The notes under the pieces are model-generated. The model was not told the DNA's origin, made no database searches, and saw only the letters and a list, made by a program, of their open reading frames with translations. Shown here in pieces: positions 38,301 to 49,120 of a stretch of 64,000 bases of DNA (the first letter of the stretch is position 1; every line of letters begins with the position of its first letter). The stretch covers positions 9,114,001-9,178,000 of the forward strand of contig OZ176056.1 in the NCBI GenBank assembly GCA_964247055.1, read 5' to 3'. The stretch comes from Paragordius varius. Taxonomy: Eukaryota > Animalia > Nematomorpha. A program made the position numbers and the translations under genes.

Positions 38301-41300
38301 CTTTTGTCCGTATAATTTCAATTTTTATTGTATAAAATGCTATTTTTCAGCAAAAATAAATTTTAGTGGTGTTTAAAAAAAGGTAAACGAAAATAATATA
38401 TTTTCTATATGCTCCAACTTCAAACCTATCATATTCCACTTTATAGTAAATACTTACTGACATAAATGATAAACTAACAATGTATTTTTTATCACATTGT
38501 ATTCTAACAGTTTAAATTTATTTAAATTTATCCATAAACTGGGATGTACCGGGCTTTTCGGTATTTCTAGGTGATATGAATTTTGGACAAAAAGGCCCCC
38601 TATTTCAAAAAGTTATATGCGCAAAAGGTATTAATTTGGCTAGAGCGTTTTTGGGTAAAACTCTTTCTTAATTTTCTCAGGTTTACCAATAAAGATTAAT
38701 ATAATTAAAAATACCTAGATTCGGTAATTCCTTAAAAATGACCCTCCTAATTATCAAAACCAAGCCCATAAACTAAATCCGTCGGATTACAAAGTCGTCT
38801 CTCGCTATATTTTGGAAACAAATATAAATATAAAACTTGCATGCCCAAAAAAGCATTTAAGGTTTATCATACATTTAAGGGTTGAGATTTTAACTCATTA
38901 GAGGTATAATAACCTTTAAAATTTTTCAAATCAATGAATGTATTTGACGAAGAATAAAATTGTAAACCTAATATTTTGCGTAAAATGTATTGATTTTTTT
39001 GAAACAACTCCTGAAATGTATTCCAAGAAGTTTGTCCATCCGGTAAAACAGTTTCATCAATCCAGCCTCCACAAGCGTATTCATAGAAATCAGTGCAGGG
39101 ATCCACTGATAAATTCATGGAATTCAAAAGTCTTGCGGAAATGCTTATGCATGCAGGACGTAAACAATCATCTATAAAGTGTGCCAAATATACAGTAAAA
39201 ATTGAAATTATACGGACAGATCGTGAAAATATAAAACAACTTTTCAAAAGACAACCATACTAAACTTGATTTTGAATATAACTCATTTGTTTTAATCGGC
39301 AAAATGTGAAACAGATGTGGATTGGGAACTTGATCAATTACATTTTACAATTGTTAGTTTAAAAAAAGAATTAAGGTATAAAGGAGCATCGTTGTGTTTT
39401 GAAAAAATATATTTGTCTTTTAGACTATACTTTAATTATTATTAAATAAGTTATATTATTGTAAATGATCTTTTTCACATAAAGTCTGCCAAAAAATCTA
39501 ATTAACTATAAAAATTAATACATAAATTCTGAATTATCCGCAACTATAATTTTTCACCATCAATGTTTTAATGTATTTAGTAAAATTCCATATAAATACC
39601 GATGTAAAAATATTATCTAATTCAATTATCATATATTCCCTTTTAACTCCTAAACTGAGGAAGTCAACTGATACTTTATTTTAAAAAACCAATCACCTCG
39701 AAAATTCTGGAATACAATCATAAAAATTATATATAATTTGAATAACTTACTATAATATGTGGAATTCGCAAATGAAGACATGGATGCGTCAGAGATTTGA
39801 GCAGATTTTTTATCTAATATATACAGTAAAAATCAAAATTATGCAGACAAAACGTATAAACATAAAGACAAATATTTTTTTTAAAAGTCAACACACACTT
39901 TATTAAACCTTGATATTTCCCACATAAACTATTTAATCCAAAATTTAAAATATATAAATGATTGTAAAACCAATTTACATCATTTAAATTAAACATTGGT
40001 ATTCGAAACAATGAGTTATGTTAATATAAGTACAAAGGTTCTTTTGAAAAATTGTTCTTAAGTTTTTACTTTTTATCTTAATTCAATTTTTTATGTATAT
40101 TTCCCCAAAATCTAGACCTAAATCAAAATTGAATTCTATTGTTGAAGAATCAATTTTATTCAATAGCATATGATATTAAATTATCCTACCGTATTAATAT
40201 AGGCATACAACTTTGAATAATATTTATTAAATAGTATTTTATTTAAATTTCTGAAACGTGCACATAATAATCATAAGATTGAGATATTTATAAGTGTTTG
40301 ATATACACCTGGTTATTTTAAAATTTATATGTATCAAAAATTATTTATAAAAATCTCTATATCCAACTATTTCCACAATTTTTCCAAATGTTGTTATAAA
40401 ATTTCCAGAAAAGTATAAATTTTTTAAATTATGGAAAGTAGCTTATTTGCGTTTGAACCATGCCCTCGTTATAAGGTTGATAAAATTGATATTATATAGG
40501 CAACACGTAAAAATTAAAAGACAAATAATCCTTTAAAGACAACCATAAACCTTAAACCTTGATTTATCCGAAATAAACAAATTCAATTTATTAAATTGAA
40601 TGTGTTACCACCCTTCGCTAACTAGATGCTAGATACAGTAAAAACGTGAAAATATAAAGACAAATATTTGTATTTAAAAGACAACCATACTTTTTAAAAG
40701 CTAAATGTTTCTCATATAAGCTATTAGTTACAATTGTAAAATATAGAATTGATTGTGTTATTATATATCTCTATTATATTTTTTTTCCATTTAAAACAAT
40801 GATTTATATTGAAAAAAAATCAAAATTAAAAAGTATAATTGTCTTTTAGAAAAAATATATTTGTCATTATATTTTTACGTTTTGTCTGTAAAACTTCCAT
40901 TTGTACTGTAAAGAGTAGTCAATGACAGCAAACGTTAACTAAGGGCTAAATGAATAGCCAATCCTACACAAAAATTTTTGCAAAAATTTTAACTATAAAT
41001 AAAATAATTTTGGCGTTGAGGTGTTTACAGATATAAATTTGTTTTCTATTTTATATGTTTTAAAATTTATGAAGGGTTGGGTTCAAAATAGGAGATATAA
41101 ATAGGTTTTTTGCACATAAATAATTAATATATAGAAGAGGCGTTAAACACTTCTAGAATTAAAAGATTAAATATATTATTGAGAATGTTTTCTCACATAA
41201 AGAGAAGCAAAAAATCTAAAGATATTGAAAAATTTATCCTAATTTAGAATGAAGTTCATAAATATTAGCATTTCTATTTTTCCCCGAAAAAATTTATAAA

Positions 41301-43291
41301 ATAGTATTGTCTAAATTTAGGGTTCAAAATTATCAGTAATCTTATAAAATATTCCAATTTGCGTGCAAAAAAGTCCGTATTTTGCTTTATGATTCAAAAC
41401 AAAAATTGTTTTCAAAATAAAATCAATTAAGATATTTCATTTAAAGTGGACCTTTAACCCCTTAAATAAAAACCATTCCAAATAACCGCATTATTAGGAA
41501 TTAAACTTGCTTGACGGTCGAACGCATTTAATGCGTGTATGATACACACATGACATAACTAAGACAACACTTATTAGCTGATTTATTCGATTTCTAATAT
41601 TTTTAAAATATTTAACCCCAATGTATTTCGATTTGAAAAGCTACCATAATTAATAATTCAACGTCAAAAATGAAAAACAGTTATATGAATAAATAAGGGC
41701 GATCTAAAACGAGATGGATAGACACAAAAAGATAAAAGTGGCAAGTTACGAAGGCAAATCGCCATAAACAGGGTTGTATGGAGTGATATGTTGTCTGACA
41801 AGGTTACTCATGAAATATTTGATAATTATATATATATGTACGTCTATATATTTATAAATGCTTATTAAGGATACGTTAGCTAACGAAAAGGTTCAATAGT
41901 TTGAATTAAATTTTAAACATAAAAATTTGTACCATTTATTTGATGAAGGAATTGATAACCATGTAATACGACGAATTTTATGGTTATTTTTAAATTTATA
42001 AAGTTAAATTGTAAATCGAATGTTTGGACCTTTTACATATTTTTGTCCCTATCAAATAATTGTATGATAATTTTAAAGACATATGATGTGACTTATGTTG
42101 TTGACAACGGTTATTTGTTACGCAACAAACATAAACTCATCAAATATCCAATTTTAAACCAATTAATTCAGGGACCACCTTGTATATATTTTTATATGGC
42201 CGTTAATGGAAAAGACAGTGAAAACTTATTATTCGAATGCTTTTATACAAATCCACTTTTGGATTATTCTGATATAATTGGTTAATTTGAAAAAATATAC
42301 CTTTCATCCAGGATCTCAATGGAAGTCTAGATTTCCCGAACCGTCCGATATAACTATTTAGCAGTAAACTCAGTATAATAATGGTTAGTAGTAAGGAGCT
42401 TAGGGTGAGTATCAAACACTTTTCACAATCTGTCCGTTTTTTCCAACTGCGTAGGAGGTAATTACAAGGGAAACTGGTGAATATACAATTCCAACATTTC
42501 TGGCACCCTGAACGCTTCTTTATATTAGATGATGTGCTTAGAGGTCCTCTCACGAGAGTCTCTTCAAAGTTCGGTTTAAAAACATAAGTTGTGGTCGTGT
42601 CTTTATACGGGTTATTAAGGTCTTCGTCATCTTTCGCTATAGAAATGGCATTGCTAAAATTTTGGTCATACTTTAATAAGTTTTGATTTAAATTATTATT
42701 GTTATTAGGAGTGTAGATATTATCCTTGTTGTTATTTGTATTCATATGATCCAAATAAAACGAATTTGTGGCTAAATTTTGGCTCCATACATGGTTATTT
42801 TGAATTAAAGGACTGTCTCTATCCTTATTCTGATATAAAGAACAACTTAGATTTTCGTAGTGTGAAGAAGGCACAAAAGAATTAACTGTACCCAATATTG
42901 ATGTTCCATGCGATTGGTTATTGGAATTCGACCATTTTGGATCGGAAATTTTATCAAAATCCTGATATTTAAGACTTAAGGGGTCATCATAATCTTGGAT
43001 AGGTGTATATCTTTTATTATTATTATTGTTGGTATTATTATTTAACAAATGGTGTGGATTCAAACCATTTGTGATTGGTAAAGGAGGTGGAGGTTCTAAG
43101 GGCGGACCATTTTCATCACAAAATGATAAATTCCGATTTTCATCTGATAAAAATTGTTCGCGTTCTATTTCGCTGTTATAACGACTAGCAATATTTTGTT
43201 GTTGATTCAAATTTATGAGTGAATTCTTGTTTTTAACATTATCATTATTGAAACTATGGTGGAGACTGTTTTGATCATAAGAGTTATTCAT
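26372..43291 (-). CDS. M13-family zinc metallopeptidase (endothelin-converting enzyme/neprilysin-like), type II membrane protein, 22 exons, ~1,291 aa
   Basis: Exons 5'->3' on the minus strand, all GT-AG and phase-compatible: 43291-42301, 39171-38968, 37984-37700, 37339-37091, 36537-36396, 35967-35642, 34477-34248, 33769-33683, 33588-33440, 32852-32689, 31997-31939, 31847-31749, 30843-30766, 30693-30590, 30280-30222, 29900-29849, 29758-29691, 29611-29487, 28319-28254, 27499-27338, 27079-27003, 26471-26372. Sum = 3876 nt (1292 codons including TAA). Motifs: hydrophobic anchor [19 protein letters not shown]; [14 protein letters not shown]; VNAYY; VFPAGILQ; [10 protein letters not shown] (HExxH); GENIADNGG; HSP..IRV; C-terminal KCVVW*. 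Confidence 0.95.
26494..26748. mobile_element. MITE family 1 copy (Tc1/mariner-like termini)
   Basis: Left AAATTAAAATTATACGG...AAAGACAA..CCATACTTTTT; right AAAAGTATGGTTATCTTTT...GTCCGTATAATTTGAATTTTACTG. Left end degenerate. In the last intron of the peptidase. Confidence 0.8.
28344..28631. mobile_element. MITE family 2 copy with 21-bp subterminal tandem repeats
   Basis: Left TATACCATTTACAGTTCAAATTCACCCTC; right GAGGGTCAATTCGAATTGTAAATGGTATA; about 3 copies of AATTCAAATT(C/A)ACCCT(C/T)GAAC at ~28358-28425. Confidence 0.85.
28636..28859. mobile_element. MITE family 1 copy, left arm partly deleted
   Basis: TA-CAGTAAAATACGGACAAAA...GGTATGGTTGTCTTTTAG...CCGTATAATT. Abuts a family-2 element. Confidence 0.75.
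29194..29466. mobile_element. MITE family 2 copy
   Basis: ATATATCATTTACAATTCAAAGTCACCC...GTGAATTTGAATTGTAAATGGTATA; interior similar to the 28344 copy. Confidence 0.8.
29918..30190. mobile_element. MITE family 1 copy
   Basis: TA-CAGTAAAAATTGAATTATACAGAC...TTTGTCTTTATG...TTTGTCTGTACAATT; right end approximate. Confidence 0.75.
30295..30442. mobile_element. MITE family 1 copy, internally deleted
   Basis: TA-CAGTAAAAATT...GTCCGTATATTAGTTTTTACTG-TA. Confidence 0.8.
30976..31255. mobile_element. MITE family 1 copy
   Basis: TA-CAGAAAAAATTGAGATTATACGGACAAAA...TTTTGTCCGTATGATTTG; right end approximate. Confidence 0.8.
34506..34782. mobile_element. MITE family 1 copy
   Basis: CAGTAAAAATTAAAATTATACGGAC...TATCCGTATAATTTCAGTTTTTACTG; flanks are TG...CA rather than TA...TA. 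Confidence 0.85.
34790..34960. mobile_element. MITE family 2 copy, degenerate
   Basis: CAAATCCATCCTTGAACATTTC...TCACCCTAA...TTAGGGTGAATTTG...GAGGGTGACTTTGAATGGCATATA. Confidence 0.55.
35341..35584. mobile_element. MITE family 1 copy
   Basis: TA-CAGTAAAAATTGGAATTATACGGAC...AATTTCATTTTTTACCG-TA. Confidence 0.8.
36084..36362. mobile_element. MITE family 1 copy, degenerate
   Basis: AAAATTGATTATACAGACAAAACG...AAAGACAAATATTTT...ATGGTTGTCTTTTG...TTTTGCCTGTAC. Confidence 0.65.
37346..37498. mobile_element. MITE family 1 copy, internally deleted, 2 nt from a splice acceptor
   Basis: TA-CAGAAAAAAATGAAATTATACGGACAAAAC...TTTTGTCTGTAAATTTAAATTTTTACTG-TA. Confidence 0.85.
38062..38330. mobile_element. 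MITE family 1 copy, well preserved, ~85-bp TIRs
   Basis: TA-CAGTAATTAAAATTATACGGACAAAACG...AAAGACAACCATACTTTTT / AAAAAGTATGGTTGTCTTTT...TTTGTCCGTATAATTTCAATTTTTATTG-TA. Confidence 0.88.
39193..39425. mobile_element. MITE family 1 copy, right end truncated
   Basis: TA-CAGTAAAAATTGAAATTATACGGAC...AAAGACAACCATAC...ATTTGTCTTT. Confidence 0.75.
39824..40095. mobile_element. MITE family 1 copy
   Basis: TA-CAGTAAAAATCAAAATTATGCAGACAAAACG...AATTCAATTTTTTATG-TA. Confidence 0.75.
40480..40600. mobile_element. MITE family 1 left-arm fragment
   Basis: AAAATTGATATTATATAGGCAACACGTAAAAATTAAAAGACAAAT...AAAGACAACCATA. Confidence 0.55.
40636..40908. mobile_element. MITE family 1 copy
   Basis: TA-CAGTAAAAACG...AAAGACAACCATACTTTTT...TTTACGTTTTGTCTGTA...GTACTG-TA. 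Confidence 0.85.
41670..41810 (+). mobile_element. 3'-end relic of an RTE-type LINE in peptidase intron 1
   Basis: Translates in pieces to [10 protein letters not shown] and QIAINRVVW, resembling the RGRPxxRWxD...DRxxWR C-terminus of RTE ORF2. Confidence 0.45.
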
Positions 43292-43697
43292 ATAATGATA
43301 TTACTATTCTATTCCATGTTTTATAAAAAAACTATGAATTTTTAAAAAGTATTTTGTTTAATGGCTAAATATTTAGGTAAAGTTACAATATTTGTAAGAA
43401 ATTTTTCACAGCTAATATATTTTTTAGAAGATTTCTAAGTTGAATTTAGGAATTTGTGAAAAAAGGTGGATGGATGGATATATTAATTGGGTTTGATCAT
43501 GTAGTTAAAAATGACTATAACAGATAACTGGAAGAACCCACATCATAATTTAAAAGTTAAATGATGATTTACAAAATAAAATTAACCAGAATCTTAACGA
43601 ACATAAATAGAAAGCTATATAATAGTATACGGCATATATAGGCTGAAAAATGTTCGCTAAAAATTTTGCTTGTTAATATTATTTTAATAATGTGGAA

Positions 43698-43700
<3 letters not shown>

Positions 43701-43742
<42 letters not shown>
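43701..43742. repeat. (AT)21 microsatellite
   Basis: Directly visible, ~410 bp upstream of the peptidase ATG. Confidence 0.95.
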
Positions 43743-43745
<3 letters not shown>

Positions 43746-46700
43746 AAATATAAAAATATTAATATATGTTTGTTTCACTTTTTTTAGCTAACTATAACCT
43801 AGCATAGCGTAGCGTGTTGTATAAAGTAAGAAATATTTATGCATTGCATTTTTCCTAATAGTTAATAATATAATATATATAAAAATCGATAACGGATTTT
43901 AAAGCGATGAAGACCTTTTCCCCCTTTCTGAAAAAACAAATTACATAGTAAAATATAAATTTTGATGTCACATTAACACGCTTTCCTTGTTTTTTTTGTT
44001 TTTGCTGAGTTTTCATATAATGAAAACTGATTTGTAAAAGTTTTGAATATCTAATAAAATTCCGTATTCCTAAGGAGTTAATCTGAGATTCTAACGTTTG
44101 AGTGTGTATAATTTTCAGAAAATGCTTTTTTTAATTATAATATAGTTAATAAAAAACTATTCAAATTGCGGACACTCGGATATTATTTTAGTTAAAACCA
44201 AAAGCAGGAAACGCAGTTTCGAACCCTGGGTTAAACTCAACTCTTGATTTTGATAAAAAAAAATAGGCTTGAGTTTATATTTGGTAATTTGATCTTTCAT
44301 TCCGTGTAATGAATTGTAAGTTTTAATTAAAACCAGCTATTATTATCATCGTAATGCATAATCACATAAGATTATAAAATATTTTAAGCAAAAAAAATGT
44401 ATGAAAAAGTTAGTACATTCGCACAATTTTATTGCAAAAAATATTGGATTAATTTTTTTAAAGTTAACTTCATTTTTTGCCAAGTTACTATTAAAATTTT
44501 TTTATATTTTTGCTTAAAACTGCGTTTATTCAGTCAGCTATAACTTATTCTCTACAATTATGCATTATTAAAAAAGTAAAACAAATGAAAAAGAAACATA
44601 TTTAATTGATACCATCCATATACCACAAAACCATTTCATTCCATTTTAAAAATGAAAATTTTTTTTGTTAAAAATCCATTACTTAAGTTTTTAAAAAAAT
44701 CCTTTATCCACTTTATTTTTCTTTCAAAAATATGAAAAAAATGAATAAATAATAGAAAAAAGAAAATTTATATAGTTGTGGTAAATAATTTTTTAAGGTC
44801 ATTTATTAACTATTTTGATTATAAGTTATAAGTTAATTAATTCATATAACTGCTAATACCCTATTTATGAAATTTTAAGCCTGATTATTTTAAATAACTA
44901 TAACTGATATTCTTAGTAAGATAGGTAATACCAAGGATTTATAATATTTTTGTAATAATCTAGTTAAGGCATTTCTTTAATTAGCCTAAAAGTATAAATG
45001 AGCCGGCTAAGTTAGAGATTTATGGAAAATTCATAATTTCTTTTAATAATATGTATTTAGAGTTTTAGGATGGGTGAATAGATGTTTGAAAACACCGCAA
45101 TTTAAATTGTAAAGTATGTCATTTTCACTGAATCCATCATATTAGTTAGTGTGATCTAACAATTTGAGAATACATAAATACATTTATTACCTTTTCGATC
45201 TTATGAATTAAAATTCAGAATGTTGCTTTGAGATAATTATACGAACCTGTATCCTTATGTTAATCAAAAAATGCATGTCCAGTTTCATTGATAAAATCTT
45301 ATTTTTAATTCTTTCTATGATCTCTATTTACTTATTTGATTTAGCTCCAGTTTAGCTCTCCTCATATTATGATATTTCTCTAAAAAACTCCAAAAAAGAA
45401 ATTTTTTAAAAAATTAGTAAAGAATTTAGCCCTTTTTTCAATATGAAAATAAAGACAAAAATTTGCCCTTTAATTTAATTAGCCGCTAGATGGGTCATTA
45501 GCCTCTGTAAAAAATCTTCGAGGTTGGGTACCTCTCAAATTCTGAGACCATATGGATTCATAAACGCAACTTTAGTTTAGTGATTATTGTAAATTAATCG
45601 TTGAGGGCTTCAGTGTATTCTAAAAAGGCCCAACATACCGATATATTTATCATGTACTATATCGATACTATAAGAGTTTCAGCTATTTCCGGATTAAAAG
45701 CAAGTATAGGTCCCATTTTAAATGAGCTGTATGTTATGCTATTTTTCACTCAAGTTCGAGTTCATACGGTTTCAATCATGGTATGTATTTTCCCTTTAAA
45801 AGTATAAATTAATAAGTATCTATCCAACTAGTAATTAAATTCCCACATTGTTTTTCTTCAATTAGCATTTTTATCATTTTTACAATATAATGAGAATCTT
45901 TCTTTCCATGCCCTAAACGTAGTCTATGTTTTTACATTCTTAGTCATATCGGTTAAGCATCCAAGGCTAATTTTTATTTGTCCCTACTTGTTTTTATATG
46001 CATCGTTCATAAAATTTTCGTTTATAATACATTATGGCTTTTTTGGATTTTTGACATTCCACGCCAGAGACATTTGTTAACATTAAATTCTTAAATTCGT
46101 GCTAGATATATTTAGCGTCAAATTATATAGAGAAAATGTATTATTCTAGCTTAACTATGCTTTAATACTGTATTATTCTCATCAACAATTAGCAAGATTT
46201 CATATTTTACTGCCCACAAAATAAATCCTGCCAAGATATATGCATTATAGATACGTCAGGTTTATAGTGCTTTTGGGTCTTACGATGGATTTAAGAAAGT
46301 TGTTACTATATTTGGGGTAATTATTCCATATCAAAAAATGGTGCTAATTTTGTTATAGTAAATTTTTGTAACAAAAGCTAAAATGGTTCAATAAAAATTT
46401 TGTATCAAACAATATTAAAAGTAAATGGTATTAATATTATATTGATTTGAACTCTGAAAGTCTCAGATTTTGGACACTTCTAAAATGGGCGAGTTTATTA
46501 ACTGTTAATTATCTTATGGGGTAGTTTTGTAACCAAAGAGATTTTAAATCCAAATTTAACAATTTAGCTTTTTAAGCGCATGATTCATTTTTTTTAGAAT
46601 TCAAAGCTTCTAAACGATCCTCATTTTCCACCATAATTCACTAAAATTAATTATATATTTTCCTGTTGTATTAGGATTTAAAAAAACATTCAGAAACATT

Positions 46701-47168
46701 TTAGCAGAATATTTTTGATGCCAATTTAAATTCCGCTTTTTTGATCCAATTCAGAGCAATCCCAATTTCGGACACTAGATGTTCACCTAGAAATATAAGC
46801 TTTTTATAAAATACAGGAAAACAATGTTTGGTAATTTAATTTTAACCAAAACAATCTTTAGTTAATATACAATCTGGGTTATAAATCCAAAATAGAATGG
46901 TCTGCGAAAAATGAAAAAGTAATTGAGCATTGACATAAGGGCAAAGATGCCGAGATTGAACCAAATTAATATAATGGTCAAATGAGTGTTATAAATTGAT
47001 TTTTTAAATTGAATTGTCTATAAAAAAATTATTAACAATGTTCTCAAAGCATCAAAATTTTTCGTCAATGTCATTAGTCACAATGATTTTGGCATAATTC
47101 TCATAGATGCGCCATAATAACTTTAGGTGTTAAACCTATTTTATTCTTTTATAAACTATTGATCTCTA

Positions 47169-48780
47169 TTAACACTTCGATTCAACTTGGATCTAAATAC
47201 CCCAGACACTATTTAAATTGATATTTTTAAAAACTAGTGAAAGCAACGGTTACAATTTAAATTTATGCTTCTATCATAATAAAAATTATATAAAAAAGAA
47301 ATATCTAAATTAAATCTAATTTTTGAAAAAGGTCCGTATCAAACTACTTGGGCGCCATTATTATTTTAAGACATTTTTGCAAAATATCGTGTTTACCTGA
47401 TTCTTAGCCTAATATATGGTTTGATTTTTTATTTAAATCACATTTAACTTTGATATAAAAAGAAAAAGTGGTATATTAAGCTTTATTTTTATATTTAGCT
47501 TATACACTCATATAATTTTAGCTAAATTTTTACCTTTGGGTTTTACCTCTGAATAAGTAATATCAAGTATATTGGAAAGATTTTTTTATTGTATTTTGGT
47601 TCATTAATGTTATACAAGTGCAAACCTTTGCCGTGGTCGGAATTAATTCGATATTTTTTAAATATTTAATTTTAAAACTTGGATACAACACATCCATTTC
47701 AGTCCTTCGATTCAAACTGGGGTAATTGGATACCCCAAGCCTGTTTAAAATTAAATAATTCAAAAAATGTGGAATGGATTGAAACCATGGCAAAAATTTG
47801 CACTTTTATAACATTAATGAATCAAAATATATAAAAAATTTTATTCGAAAATACTTGATATTACTTATTTTTAGGTAAAACCTCAAGGTAAAAATTTAGT
47901 CAACATGACATCTGTGCACAAGCTAAATTTAAAAATAAAGGAAAATAAACCCCTTTTTCTGTTTCTATTAATGTTAGATGTGATATGAATAAAAAATTAG
48001 CTTTTTTTTGCTTTAAAATCAAATAAACACGATATTTTGCAAAATTGTTGTAAAATAAAAAGGATAGAAGCATAAATTTAAATTAGGACCGTTTTCAGTA
48101 GTTTTTTATAAAAATTAATTTGAATATTGCCTGGGGTATTTAGAGACCCCAATTTGAATCGAAGTGTTAAACAAGCCTGGGCTATCTAAATATCCCAATT
48201 TGAATCGAAAGACTAAAATGATCGGGTTGTATCCAAGTGTTAAATATTCCAAATTTAGATCACTATAGATATATTAGATTCAATCGAGAAGTAAAAGGGT
48301 TTTGAGGCTTATAAAAATCAATTTAAAAGCTATAGATATCATCAAATAAATTACAAACAATTTTTTATATGTAACACCAAATGGCTACACTAATAATTTA
48401 TAAACGAAGATTCGGAATGTTAACATTTGGTTACAAGATCATTTCAGTTTTTAAATTGGAATAGTTCGATACACCAGGCAAAACTAAATATTTCAAAAAA
48501 TATGGAATGAATTAAAACCATGGCAAAGGTTTGCACTTATATGACATTAAAAAACCGAAATATAAAAAAAATTTAAAAATACTTGCTAATTATTTTAGGT
48601 TAAAACCCAAAATTTTAGTCATTTTGGGTTGGAAAATTTAAAAATAATCCAAAATACGCGACATTTTCTGTTTCTATCAATATTAGATGCGATTAAATAA
48701 AATAGCGTTAAATTTAGCGTTAAATCAATAAACACGATCAAAGTAGTTTGATATGAAACTTTTTTAAACAAATATTATTT
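47169..48780. repeat. Complex inverted/direct repeat cluster, probably nested TE relics
   Basis: 47169-~47670 is the diverged reverse complement of ~47755-48171. The spacer ~47670-47735 is inverted again at 48171-48250. ~48470-48770 repeats the ~47740-48030 module directly. Confidence 0.75.
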
Positions 48781-49120
48781 AGATGTTTCGGCTAATCTAT
48801 AATGTTTATAGGGTTTCAGCATATATTTGATTTGAGGACCGTTTCTCTCAATATAGTTGTGGTATTTTGTTATCCCAATTTGATGAATGTGTTAAAATAA
48901 ATTTTCTAATAGTCTTTTAAATTACTACAAATAAAAGTTTTCTGTTTTTACTAAAAAATATTACAAGATAAATTAACTCAAATCAAATATATATATATAT
49001 AAACATTAAGTTCACAATATCTGGCTTTATAGTCCTTCAGGCATAATAAAATCTGCAAACTCACGCTTGTCTCCTATTTCAAATTTCGGTGTCACCTTTA
49101 CAAAAAAAGATAGTTAAACG

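Noticed and set aside
38580-38620. GGCCCCCTATTTCAAAAAG resembling the satellite's GGCCTATTTCAAAAAA
   Set aside because: The match is about 14 nt with no flanking similarity, which is compatible with chance.
42160-42186. Tc1-like terminus GGACCACCTTGTATA
   Set aside because: I could not find the matching other end, so no element can be delimited.
34327-42285. Plus-strand ORFs 34327-34518, 35721-35981, 37711-37932, 38938-39177 and 41980-42285
   Set aside because: They are antisense shadows of peptidase exons or flanking intron sequence, with no independent homology.
44205-44245. tRNA/SINE B-box-like GTTTCGAACC
   Set aside because: No cloverleaf stems or A-box can be built around it.
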